Below, one piece after another: positions 49,623 to 60,542 of a stretch of DNA of 64,000 nt (its first letter is position 1; each line of letters begins with the position of its first letter). Origin of the DNA: Cladosporium halotolerans (Eukaryota); the NCBI RefSeq assembly GCF_011745625.1, contig NW_027191486.1:62001-126000 (forward strand), in the 5' to 3' direction. The position numbers and the translations under genes were made by a program. The notes beneath the pieces were generated by a model. The model saw only the letters and a list, made by a program, of their open reading frames with translations. It had not been told where the DNA came from and ran no database searches.

Positions 49623-49843
49623 TGCAGTCCGTGAACTGGCGTATTTAGAGCGTTTTTACGGTAAAATATATTCCATCAACACCATCTTTTTTTTTTTTGG
49701 CATTTCTTTCTATCCCTGTCCTGCTATACAATAGACTTGTGGCAATCGATGTGGTCCGAGCTCGCCAGCGGACTTCACACCCCAAGCCGCGGGCATGAAC
49801 TTTGAATGAGACCATCACTTTAGGGAGAGATGCGGCTGGGCGA

Positions 49844-51633
49844 ATGTTCAGACAAACACTGAGTCTGAGGCAGGCTGCTGCACTGACAACTGAACTGTTG
49901 AAGGCACAGCTCCCGCCAAAATGGTTCGGCGGGCGAGCCGGCAGGCAAGTTGGTACGAGTAGACTCAATGAGGAGATCACAAAATGAATACTGACCGACT
50001 ACAGGCCTCGCCGTCAGTGGCGGAGTTGATTCAATGGCTCTTGCTACGCTCTGTAGCCGGTTGCGCGATGAACACGAAACATCGAGCCCTGCTTTCACCG
50101 GCTTCATCGTTGACCATGGTCTGAGACCTGGTAGCAGCGAGGAAGCATTGCTGGTGGCGGAGCATTTGAGGATGCTTGGTAGGTTTCGTAACAATAATGA
50201 AATACCTTCATACTGACATACAAACAGGCATGCCATCGAGGATCTTCACTCTAAACTGGCAGCAATACGGCGATCCTCACGCTCTCTCCAACCCAGAGAC
50301 CATCGCCCGCAAGCTGCGCTACCAAGCCTTGGGCCTAGCATGTCGCGAAAAAGGAATGAAGGACCTCCTCTTCGCCCACCACGCCGACGACCAAGCAGAG
50401 ACAAGCCTCATGCGCCTCTCCAACAAATACCTCGGCCGCGGCCTCGCAGGCATGCACCGAGAAACCCGCATCCCCGAGTGCCAGGGCCTGTACGGCGTGG
50501 ACAGCTCCGGGACTCCTAGAATTCTCCGCTCCGCCGACCGCAGCAACAACAACATGCTCATCGAAAGCGGTGGCGTCACTGTTCTCCGCCCTTTGCTAGA
50601 CTACACCAAAGCCCGACTGATCGCAACCTGCGAAGAGGCCGGCACGCGCTGGGTCGAAGACCAGACGAACAAAGACCCCTCGCTCACCCTCCGCAACGCC
50701 GTGCGCTCCCTCCACGAAAGCGATCGCCTCCCCATCGCCCTCCGCCGCCCCAACCTCCGCCGCGTAGCCGAAAGCATCCGCCTCACCTCCTCCAACCGCG
50801 AAGCAACCGCCCACCGCCTCTTCCAAACCTGCAGCATAACCTTGCGCCCCTCCTCCGGCACCGCAACCTGCACCATCCCCGACACCACCGTCCTCGCCCT
50901 CGCGCGCAGCCCCGACAGCGCGCACATCAAAGCCCTCCTGCTCCGCAAACTCCTCCTCCTCGTCGCGCCCGCGCGCCAAATCGACCTGGCAACCCTCTCC
51001 GCCGCGTCCGCCAGATTCCTCCTCCCGGCCAACCTGCACGCCAAACAGCCCGCGCGAGAAACCCTCGCCCTCGCCAGCGCGGCCGTCGTGCGCGTGGGCC
51101 GCGACCGCTCCGCGACCGCAACGCTCTACGCCCTGCACCGCACGCCGCCCTCGCGCGCCGACAGGGACTCCTGGCCCGAGCTGCGCCTCACGCTCCCTCC
51201 CGCTCTGCCTCCTGCAGAACCAACGCCGCCCACAGAGCGCCCCAGGTGGAGCGCCTGGCAGCTCTGGGACGGGCGCTACTGGCTGCGCTTCGCGTCCCTG
51301 TCCTCAGCCTCCGCCTCCCCCGCGCGGCTGGTCGTGCGCTTCCTGCGCGCGGACGAAGTGCAGGTCGTGCGGCGGTCGCTGCCGGCGCGGGCGCGCAGAG
51401 CGTTCAATGAGGAGTTGGCGGGCGTCAAGGGGAATGTGTGGCCTACGCTGCCGGTTGTTGCAGTGGCGCCTGAGGGGGCGAGGCCGTGGGAGGAGAGGGT
51501 TGTGGCGTTGCCGAGTGTGGGGTGGGGGAGGGATGGGTGGGTGAGGTTTGGGGGTGAGGGGGAGGCGGAGGCGGAGTTTTTGTGGGATGTTAGGTACAAG
51601 GAGGTTGATGGGTGGTTGACGAAGGCGATGTAA
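49844..51633 (+). CDS. tilS: PP-loop protein, tRNA(Ile)-lysidine synthase (TilS)-like, probably mitochondrial; introns 49953..50004 and 50179..50227
   Basis: Splicing restores [13 protein letters not shown] (PP-loop). It also has VDHGLR, ARKLRY, AHHADDQAET.LMRL, LRPLL and WVEDQTN...RN. The N-terminus is basic and presequence-like. Confidence 0.85.
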
Positions 51634-51775
51634 TGTAGGGATTGTGGAGTGGAGTGGGATGGCTTGGGTGAAGCGTGTATTATGGTATGGTATGGTATGT
51701 AAAAGTCCAAAGTCAAATCGCCAGTGGGTATATTGTAGGGATACGCTTCCTTCCCCGTTCCCGTTCCTGTTCTGT

Positions 51776-53201
51776 TCAAGACCTCTTCTTTCCCGCCCTC
51801 GTCGGGCTGACCTCGAGCAAATCCTGCAGCAGCTCGCGCGCGCGCCGCTCCCGCGCGTCCATCGTCGAATTGTAGATCGCGGGCAGCACCCTCTTCGAAT
51901 CTAAAGCACCCATTAGCATTAGAAAACCCGTTCTCCTCCCGTCTCAAAGTCACAAAAAAACTCACTAGCATGCTCCCCCGCAAACCCCAAGCTCTCCGCG
52001 CCCTTGCCCCTCGCCTCCTTCACCACGTCCTCCAACAGCGCCCCTCCCACGCCCTTCCCGCGATACTTCAGCCGCACCGTCCAAGCCCTGATCTCGCCGC
52101 GCCACGCCTTCTTCCTTTTGCCGCGCGCGCTCTCGCCCGAAACCCACTCCACGACGGCCGCCGCGATGACCTCGTCGCCGAACGTCGTGACGAGCACGTC
52201 CGCACCGTCAAGCCAGTCCCAGTCGACTTCCTCGGCCGCGTGCAGGTAGCCTTGGGTCAGGAAGCGGCAGGTCGCGAGCGCGGCCATCAGCACGCCGGCG
52301 CAGGAGAGGAGGACGAGCGGCCAGTCTTGGCCTGCGGTGAGGCGGACGTAGCGGGCGAAAGTCGCCAGGAGGGCAGCGAGGGCGGCGAGGTTGAGCGGGT
52401 GCGAGAGGAGCGCGCGGTTGGCGGTCTGCCGCTGCTGGGCGATGCTGTCGGCTACGAGGCGGAGGGCGGCGGCGCGGTCGGGGTCGGAGGTCGCGTGGTG
52501 GGTGCGGAGGTCGGGGATGTGTGCTAGCGGGTCGGAGGAGGAGGCGGGTTCGGGGAGGGAGTTTGCGGGGCTGAGGGGGGAGGGGGGCGGGAGGGAGGCC
52601 GTGGAGGACTGCATGCTGGGTGGGGTGGAGGTTGGGCTGGAGGGTTGGGAGGCGTGGAGGCGGAGGTTCGTGCGGAGGGAGGAGAGGAAGGCTGGGAGGT
52701 GGGTGTCAGTGAGGGGTGGTTTGGGAGAGGCGGCAATGCGATGTGAATGTTCTTGCTGCTCTCGAGCCGGAGCACGTGAGGCCATTGATGAGGCTGAAAA
52801 CGGAGCAGAAAATGGTAAAACGTACCGGCACTTGTCTTGAAGCCAGGAATGCGATCTCCAGAAATATGCCGTCGGTGCAGCTCCCCAAGCCTCTGCTTCT
52901 GCAACTTGACCCTCGTGGAATCCTCTCTCGCCGTCAAGCGCAGGTGCGGGACAGCAGGCGGAGGGAGCAGCTGCGTGGTGGCAGTACTTGTACTTGTACT
53001 TTTCACATGGCTCGCGGTGGTGGCGTAGGACAGCCCGCCGGCGAGCCCGCCATTATTCACATACGGGTCTGGATGCAGGCGGGCCAGGTCGAAGAGGCTC
53101 CTGGCCGTGAGGGCGCTAGAGGCGGCGGAGGGCGAAACGTGATGGTGGTGGTGGTGGTGATTGGGCTGATGCCGCGCGCCAGGGCCACCGGCAAAAGTCA
53201 T
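51776..53201 (-). CDS. GNAT-family acetyltransferase with two hydrophobic segments; intron 51901..51965 and probable intron 52692..52825; start uncertain
   Basis: It has the acetyl-CoA motif IRAWTVRLKYRGKGVGGALLEDVV and ALRLVADSIAQQRQ. The last exon starts HA|NSKRVLP and ends at TGA 51776-51778. An upstream His7-containing exon joins in phase via GTACGT...CTGAC...CAG; the alternative start is 52785. Confidence 0.75.
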
Positions 53202-55115
53202 GCATGCTCCCGGGACTCGAGACGTCGAGATCCCGGCATTGGCCTGAGGCTTGGTCGAGGTAAGAGGAGGGACTAGATTGCTTGTCGTCTTGTATATATA
53301 TCTTACAAACAGACGAGAGACAGGAGGGACGGGAGTGGCAGAGCAGTAGTAAACTAGACAAGACTGATGAAACCCCACGCACGCCCCAGGAGAGGGCCTC
53401 GCGGATCCTCTTATGATAGCCAACGGCAGGATCAGCTTGGCGAGAGCACGAAGAAAAAAAGGATCCAACGGGTGTGGCTTGACGCTGTTCGCGGGTGCTG
53501 CAGGCGGCACCAGGCATGCGAGTGGGAGCGAGATGACGGGCCTGAGATTCGCCAGCATGGCCAGCTCCAGGGCGCCGGCGCGCTGCATTGGCGCGCAGAG
53601 CTTGCGTCGGCCGGAAGCTCTGCCTGGCTGGTTATCGCGATGGCAGCGCTGCGGTATGGCGTCGTGCTGCGAATCCGCCCTACATCCGCCCTACCGTTGG
53701 CTGCCGCAGGGATGGCTAGCCAGAGGATACGCCGCCCGCGTGATTGGCCCTCGCTGCCCGCCGCCGTTTTGACAGCTCCAGCCAAGGGTCGACGGTGGAG
53801 TTGGGAAGAGGAGAGACCCGGGGCGAGGACGCCTCTGAATCGTCTGAGCAAGAATGGCCTGAAACACCCCGTACATGTACATACCATACCGTACATGCCT
53901 TCTCGGAAGCACCAGCGGGTAGATAAGGTGGGCAATCGACGCCGCAGACGCCGCAGAGCGAACTGCCCAGACATCCCGCTCCCCAAGACCACAGGCGAGA
54001 TCAAACCCAACATCTACGCCGCAACGCCGCATGCGCCGCCCAAAAGCCTAGGCACCGCGGGCACCGCACATCCGCGCGATCCTAAAAAATCCCACGCGAA
54101 GCGCTATCTCTCCGCGGCGCTGCTGTGCAACCACCAAGCTCATCCTCCCACAGCTTGCGGCGATAATGCTATGCCCCTCGTCCAATCCCCCTCGACTCCG
54201 CAGCCGCCACGGCACCGAGCAACACCTACCTCACCTTACAGCACCTTATCTTCACGGTCAGGTAGGCAAAAGTCGCGACAACCAACCTCCACCCCCACGT
54301 ATGCAAAGCGACACCCGTCCCAGCCGCGACGTGTACATGTACGTACGTAAATCCAGGGTCCCCAAAAGTAGCTGCATACTCGTGAAACAGCAGCTCTGCC
54401 TGTCAAACTCGCCCAAAAACCGCCGCAACGCGCGGCAATCGGCGGTACGTATACTGTGCTCGTCCGCTGGTGGAGAGTAGTTGGTGATTAGCGGGAGAAA
54501 GCTGAGGTACCTTAGCTGTTGCGGAGCCCGCTGGTGTCATGATCTGCGTCCTCCGTGACACTCCCGAGCACCTAGCGAGGCTGGGGGGAATGGCAAGTTC
54601 GGGGGTCGCGGCCGTGGGTCTCGCGAGTGAGGGTGCGGATGGAGGTCAGCATTGCCGTGCGTGTGCCTGTATGGAACCGTACTGGATTTAAGGTGCTGCA
54701 ATTAGAACATCGTGTTCGGCACAGTGCTTTGAGTCCATAGGTATGCATCGTCTGACCTCTTCAATGGGGATCGATATCGTCTAAGCTGCGGCCATCAGCA
54801 GGAGACAACACCTGATAGCACGACGCCAGTGGGATAGCACATTTCGCGCCCTATAAAAATCTCTCTTCGTTCCTCCTCCCCGTCCAGAGGAGAGCTAGTC
54901 CAAACCTATATCTATGACACAAAAGAAGAAGAGAAGAAGACTCCCGAGCTCCAGCCCCTCCACGAGCCGCGCGCCACAACAACTTATTGATATCTTTTTT
55001 GTACAACACAACACCGACACCGACACCCGCTAAGGCCCCCAAACCCCAACCAACGGAAAAGAACAACAAAAGAGAATGCCAAAACGAGAGGTCGCCAAAA
55101 GCCAAAAGGGAATCA

Positions 55116-57697
55116 TCATAAGTCGTCATCCAAATCGATCTCCGCCTCGTTCCTGACCCCATTGCCCTGCTCCGCCTCTTGCGGCTTGGGCCTGTTACCG
55201 CCCTCAGGCCCCGCGGACGCCGCGACGAAACCGACGGGCGCGCGCGCCTGCCTCTCCAGCGCCGCCATGGCGTCCGCCTTGTCCGGGTCGACGTCCGACG
55301 CGGTCTCGCCGTCGGCGCCCGCGTTGAGGCCGTCCTGCGCTTGCTGGCGGGCGATGGCTTGCGAGGCGATGAAGTTGACGTCGGTGCTGTGGGAGGGAAT
55401 CGGTCAGTAAGGATTTCAGAGGGGTAAGTGAGGGGAGATTGGAAGACATACTTGAACTGCGCCTGCACGCTCCGCTTGATGCGCAGCATCTCCTTGAAAG
55501 TGTCCTCGTTGCCGTGCTGGACCTCGAACTGCTCCCACTTCTTCCAGAACGCCGCGTCGACGCGCGGGTCGCAGAACTGGCTGGCGTGGCCGTAGATCGC
55601 GCGCGCGCGGTCGATCTCGCCCAGCCGACGCTCCATCTCGGCGAACTTGATGCACATGGCGGCGGCCTCCTTGTCCGGCAAGGCGGCGATGGCGCGCTCG
55701 TAGATGGGGCGGGTGGAGGTGAGGCCGAAGTTGGACGCGGACTTTGTGATGTAGAACTCGAACATGTCTGCCTTGTCTTCGTCGGCGACGGCGCGGGTGG
55801 CGCGTTCGTAGATGCGCATTGCGTGGCGCGCGAGGCCGCGCTCTTCCTCGAGCGCGCCGTACATGAGGTAGATGGTTTTGGCGAATTTGGGCGGGCAGTC
55901 TTCGACGGATTGTTCGAAGAGATCCCTGAGGCGCTCGATGCCGATCTTGCGGTCCACGGCTTTGGTCAGGTAAAGGTTCCAGAGTTCGAAAGCGACAGGG
56001 TACGAGAAGAGATCCAGACCACGTTCGTAGATCTTGAAGCTCTCTTCGAAATAGCCGTTCTCTTCCAGCAAATTGGCGTAGTTGACAACGGTTTGTGGCG
56101 TAGCGATGCGAAGTTCGAAGATACGCTCATACACCTTCTTGGTCTCTTCCAGTGTTGACACCGATTCGACCAGATCGACGTAGAACGACCACAGCTTCCA
56201 ACTCTTGTGCACCCTCTGCTGAGGACTCAGCAGCTCGTCGAAGTAATCCACATTGCTCCTCTTGGGTGCCTTCGTCGCGGTAGCCATGATGTTGACGGCC
56301 TGATCGAAGTTCTCATTTCGCAACTCCATCTCCGCCCACTCAGTCCACATCTCTGCCAATTCCGACACTGACTTGAACGGGACCTTGACCGCCTTCTCCA
56401 TGATGACTCTGGCATTGCGGAGATCGCCGCCTGCCTCGTAAAATTTGGCGTAATTTGTCCATAATTCGTGCAATCGGCCTACTGCCTTCTTCGGCCCAAT
56501 TGCGGCAATGGCATCCGCATACGTCTGAACCACCATTTGCTTGTTGTCTCCCCACAACGCCACCCGCTTCTGCCATTCATTCACATGATGCGGGTTTTGT
56601 CGCAGAAGCACATCGTTCACCAAGAAAGGTCTCCGGTCCATCAATTGCTCAAAGCGCATCATGCGGATGTCCAAGTCCAGATCGGCGTCAACGTCCGTCT
56701 TGTTTTTCTGCTGTCGTAAAGCGGATTCTTCAAGCTTGATCGAAATGAGCGCTTCCTCAGCCTCCGAGTAAGTGTCGAACACAATTGAGAAGTCGCGCAC
56801 AGTCATGACCGTTGTAACGCCCTCCTCGAAAATATCTCGTGCCCGCTCATACGCTCCAAGGTTGATGTAGTACCTCGCCAGCCCAACCCACAGAATACCC
56901 CTCTGATCGGGGAATCGCTGCAATCCAGATCGAATGATCGTCTCAACAGACATAGCTGAGCCGCTCTTCAAAGGCAACGGGTTCGGGATCTCCTTTGCGT
57001 GATCGATGAGAACCTCAAGCATCTCCGTCCAGTGCTGGAAAGGCCCCTTGGCCTCCTTCGACTTGAAACGAGGGTTGTTCAGGATCTCCATGTACCGCTG
57101 CACCGCCTCCGTGTACTTCCCCTCCTGCACCAGCAAATCGATGTAGTCCTCCACCTGCTCGGGGTGAATCTGAATGTACCGCCTCCAAATCTTGACCGCC
57201 GTCTCTCCGCTCGCGGAGTTCGCGAACGGCCTGTACAGCGCCCAGATCCGGCCGTGCTGGGTGATCGGCAGCGCTCTGAGCGCGCGGTCGAACGTCCGTC
57301 GAGTGAAGGTGACCAATGGCTGCAGGCACAGGAAGCCAAGGTACATCTCCCAGATCCTGGGCATCTTGTTGAGCAGGACGAGCGCGCGCTCGAACAGCGC
57401 GTTGACCTTCTGGAACTCCGCCTTGTTCTTCGCCGGGTTCCTGCCCTCCAGGTGCGCCGTCCGGAGCTCCAGGTAGAGTTTCCAGAGCTTGTAGCTGCGC
57501 GGCAGAGCCCTGCACGCGCGCTCGAGCACAAACGACTGCTCGAGCAGCGTCCCGTACTGCCGCTTGAAGTTCGCATAGTCCAGCCAGGGCCGCGTGGAGC
57601 CCGGGTTGCGCGCGACGTCCTGCTCGTAGATCTCGTCGTTCTGCGAGATCAGGAAGAGCTGCGGCAGCTGCGGCGGCGGGGGCGCGAGAGACGCCAT
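55116..57697 (-). CDS. SYF1: Pre-mRNA splicing factor Syf1/XAB2 (HAT repeats); intron 55387..55451
   Basis: It contains ERACRALPRSYKLW, RRPFLVNDVLLRQNPH, GEIDRARAIYGHASQFCDPR and FEVQHGNEDTFKEMLRIKRSVQAQF|NTDVNFI, and ends EIDLDDDL. Confidence 0.96.
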
Positions 57698-58104
57698 GGT
57701 GGTAGCGGACAGCAGCGGCGAGGAGGCCGCGGAGTCCCGTTTCGGCTTCGATTTGCCCAGTGTGACGATGAACGGCGGCGTCAGGTTGCGCAGGAGCTCG
57801 CCGGGCATAATCGGCGGGAAGAAACTCGATCCTACCTGGGCGGCGGCCGGCGGTGGATGGGGAGGGTGTAAGATACCTAATCGGCGCGTGCAGAAGTCCG
57901 CGTTTCTGGCGCCGGGGGAAGGTTTGGCGAGCTAGAGCAGTGAGCTTGACGTCGGCTGGTGTTGGAGCACAACGGCCGGGAGTCGAGCATCTTTAATCGT
58001 CCATTACGACAATCTTGTGCAGCGAGCAATCTCACTCGTCGCTACAGGGGTCTCTGGATACCCCACAACTTCCCTTCATACGAACTCGCACACACTAGCC
58101 CACC

Positions 58105-59019
58105 ATGTCGGGCAAGGTACGCCGCACCGACAACCTCCAGACTATCATTACTCCCAGCTAATCCAATGCTATCAGGACCGCGAGCCGGTGTTCCCCACCC
58201 GCCAATCGCTCGGCATTATGAAATCGAAGCTCAAAGGCGCCCAAGTCGGCCACGACTTGCTGAAGCGCAAATCCGAAGCGCTGACGAAGCGCTTCCGCGA
58301 GATCACGAAGCGGATCGACGAGGCGAAGCGCAAGATGGGCCGCGTGATGCAGATCGCGGCCTTCTCGCTGGCCGAAGTGACTTACGCGGTCGGCAACAAT
58401 ACGATCGGGTACCAGATCACGGAGAGCGTGCGGCAGGCCAAGTTCCGCGTGCGCACGAAGCAGGAGAACGTCAGCGGTGTCTTCCTGCCGCAGTTCGAGA
58501 GCTTTCAGACCGAAGGAGGGAGTGATTTCCAGATGACGGGATTGGGTAAGGGCGGGCAGCAGGTGGCTAGGTGTAGGGAGACGTACACGAGGGCGGTGGA
58601 GACGCTGGTTGAGCTGGCGTCGTTGCAGACGGCGTTTGTGATTTTGGACGAGGTCATCAAGGTTGTCAACCGAAGAGTCAACGCCATGTATGTGTTCCTC
58701 GATCGATCACTATAGGATGAAATGCTAACGAAGCGATAGTGAGCACGTCATTATCCCCCGTACGGAGAACACTATCAAGTACATCAACAGCGAGCTCGAC
58801 GAGTTGGATCGTGAGGAGTTCTTCCGACTGAAGAAGGTCAAGGGTGTCAAAGAGAAGGCTCAGGCGGCTGAGGAGGCCGAGAGGAAGAAGAAGCAGCAGG
58901 AGCAAAAAGCAAAGAGCGGAGGCGACAGCGACAAAGAGAACGGAAACGCGGCGTCCGAAGAGCCGCAAGAGACGAAGAATGTCCTGGGAGACGAGGGCGA
59001 CGAGGACTTGATTTTCTAA
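58105..59019 (+). CDS. VMA8: V-type H+-ATPase subunit D; introns 58117..58175 and 58688..58739
   Basis: The spliced product reads MSGK|DREPVFPTRQSL...LLKRKSEAL...ENVSGV...NRRVNA|IEHVIIPRTENTIKYINSELDELDREEFFRLKKV...DEDLIF. Confidence 0.97.
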
Positions 59020-59377
59020 GCGAGCACATCACATGTCAAGAGCGTTGTTTCGATACCATGTATCAGTCAGTTTTACAAGAGGCTTCAACCACTGAAAGTA
59101 TTCAGAAAGTGAAACTCAATGGGACATTGCAGCAAACCGCGAGGCACTGTCATTCGCGCTGTGATGCTCACGTTTTGCGTGGTCATGTCAGATGCATCAA
59201 TGGCTCTGGAACGAGCAAAATGTCAAAGCAGATCAAAGACAGTTCATTCCAAACGTAATAACGTCATCCAAAAAACACTCTAGCTGCCGTGCCCGCGTCA
59301 ACAGCAGATTGAATGCCGGAATTTCAATGCTTGTGCAGGACTCCCATGCAGACGCTCAATTCTAAACGTAGCCGTAG

Positions 59378-59720
59378 CTACTGCTGCTTCTCGGCAGCAG
59401 CCCGCTTTTGCGCCGCCTCCATGTCGGCCGCAATCTGCTTCTCGGTCTTGTCGTTGCCGTGAGAAATCAGCCTGTTGAGGAAGCTATTGGGGCGACCTTG
59501 CGGGTGGCCCTCGACCTCTGAGCGCTCAATCTCGCGGTGGAGGTTGCCAGTGGTCTCCTCGTCGATCTCGGCATCATCGTGGTTCTCGTTCAAGTCGACT
59601 GTGAAGCTGTTAGACCATTGGCGGGGCAGAAAGTGCGGGACCGGCAGTGCTTGTGCTCTACTGACTGTTCTTGTCATGCATGGACAGCTTGCGCTTCAGC
59701 TTCTCCCTGATGTTGGACAT
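59378..59720 (-). CDS. Small hydrophilic protein of unknown function (~91 aa); intron 59599..59665
   Basis: The model reads MSNIREKLKRKLSMHDKN|IDLNENHDDAEIDEE...FLNRLISHGNDKTEKQIAADMEAAQKRAAAEKQQ. It has a good start context (CAAACATG), a GTCAGT...CTAAC...CAG intron that keeps the frame (55+221 nt), and coding-like codon usage. Confidence 0.65.
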
Positions 59721-60542
59721 GTTTGCAGATCTTGCGGAGTGGGTTGAGGTGGGTTGTGTTGACGGGTTGTGACGTTTATTGACAGGCGAAGCGGGGTCGT
59801 GTCAAAGGCCGATATGTGAAGAGCAGGTGTCGTAGGGCTGCGCTCGACGGAAGATAGGGGGGTTCGCGGGTTCAGGCCAGCTGATGCAGTCAGGAGGAGA
59901 GGAAGAGCAGAGGGTGGGAGGGAAGGAAAGACAATGGGCCGTGTGGCGAGGATGGGCTCGTGGCCACGTACCTGCGGCCTGGCTCATGAAGCCCCGCCGC
60001 CTGCCGACCTGCAGCCAAGCGGGCTGCCGATGGCCTCCAGAATTGGAGGGATCGGGCGGGCGTCGTGGGGCCAGGCCAGCCATGCGCCATCACCACGACA
60101 CCTTGGCTGACGAGCCCGTCGAGCCCGTCGAGCCCGCCACTGCTGCCGTCCGCTAGACTGCGCCAATTCACGCGTGCACGGTGGGCCTGTCGATCGCCTG
60201 CGCCAGGTCGCGGTAATCGCCCGTCATCCCGCAGAAGCAAGCACAGCAGCGCGTGCCGGGAACAAGGTGGAGGACACCTCCAGACCCTCGAGGTACCGCG
60301 CCTACTGCAGCTCTCTGCCGACAGACACGCGACGCGTCAGGCTTGGTGTCCGCCCTACACCGTTGCACCACCGCAACGACGGTTACAGCCCTACCGGTGG
60401 ATCCCTACGCCAGGAACTCTGCTGACAGTCTGAGCGGTTATTCGGTCTGCGTTTGCGGCTCTGCCATGCGTACCTAGCTGGGCGAAGGCAGCCCGTGTCC
60501 GCATCCATCTCCTCTGGCGAGTGACCCCCGCCGTCACCCGAC

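Noticed and set aside
54851..57808. 985-aa SYF1 ORF as given in the track
   Set aside because: It reads through the 55387..55451 intron into the wrong frame and the 3' UTR, and starts at an upstream ATG. The spliced model 55116..57697 restores a sensible C-terminus.
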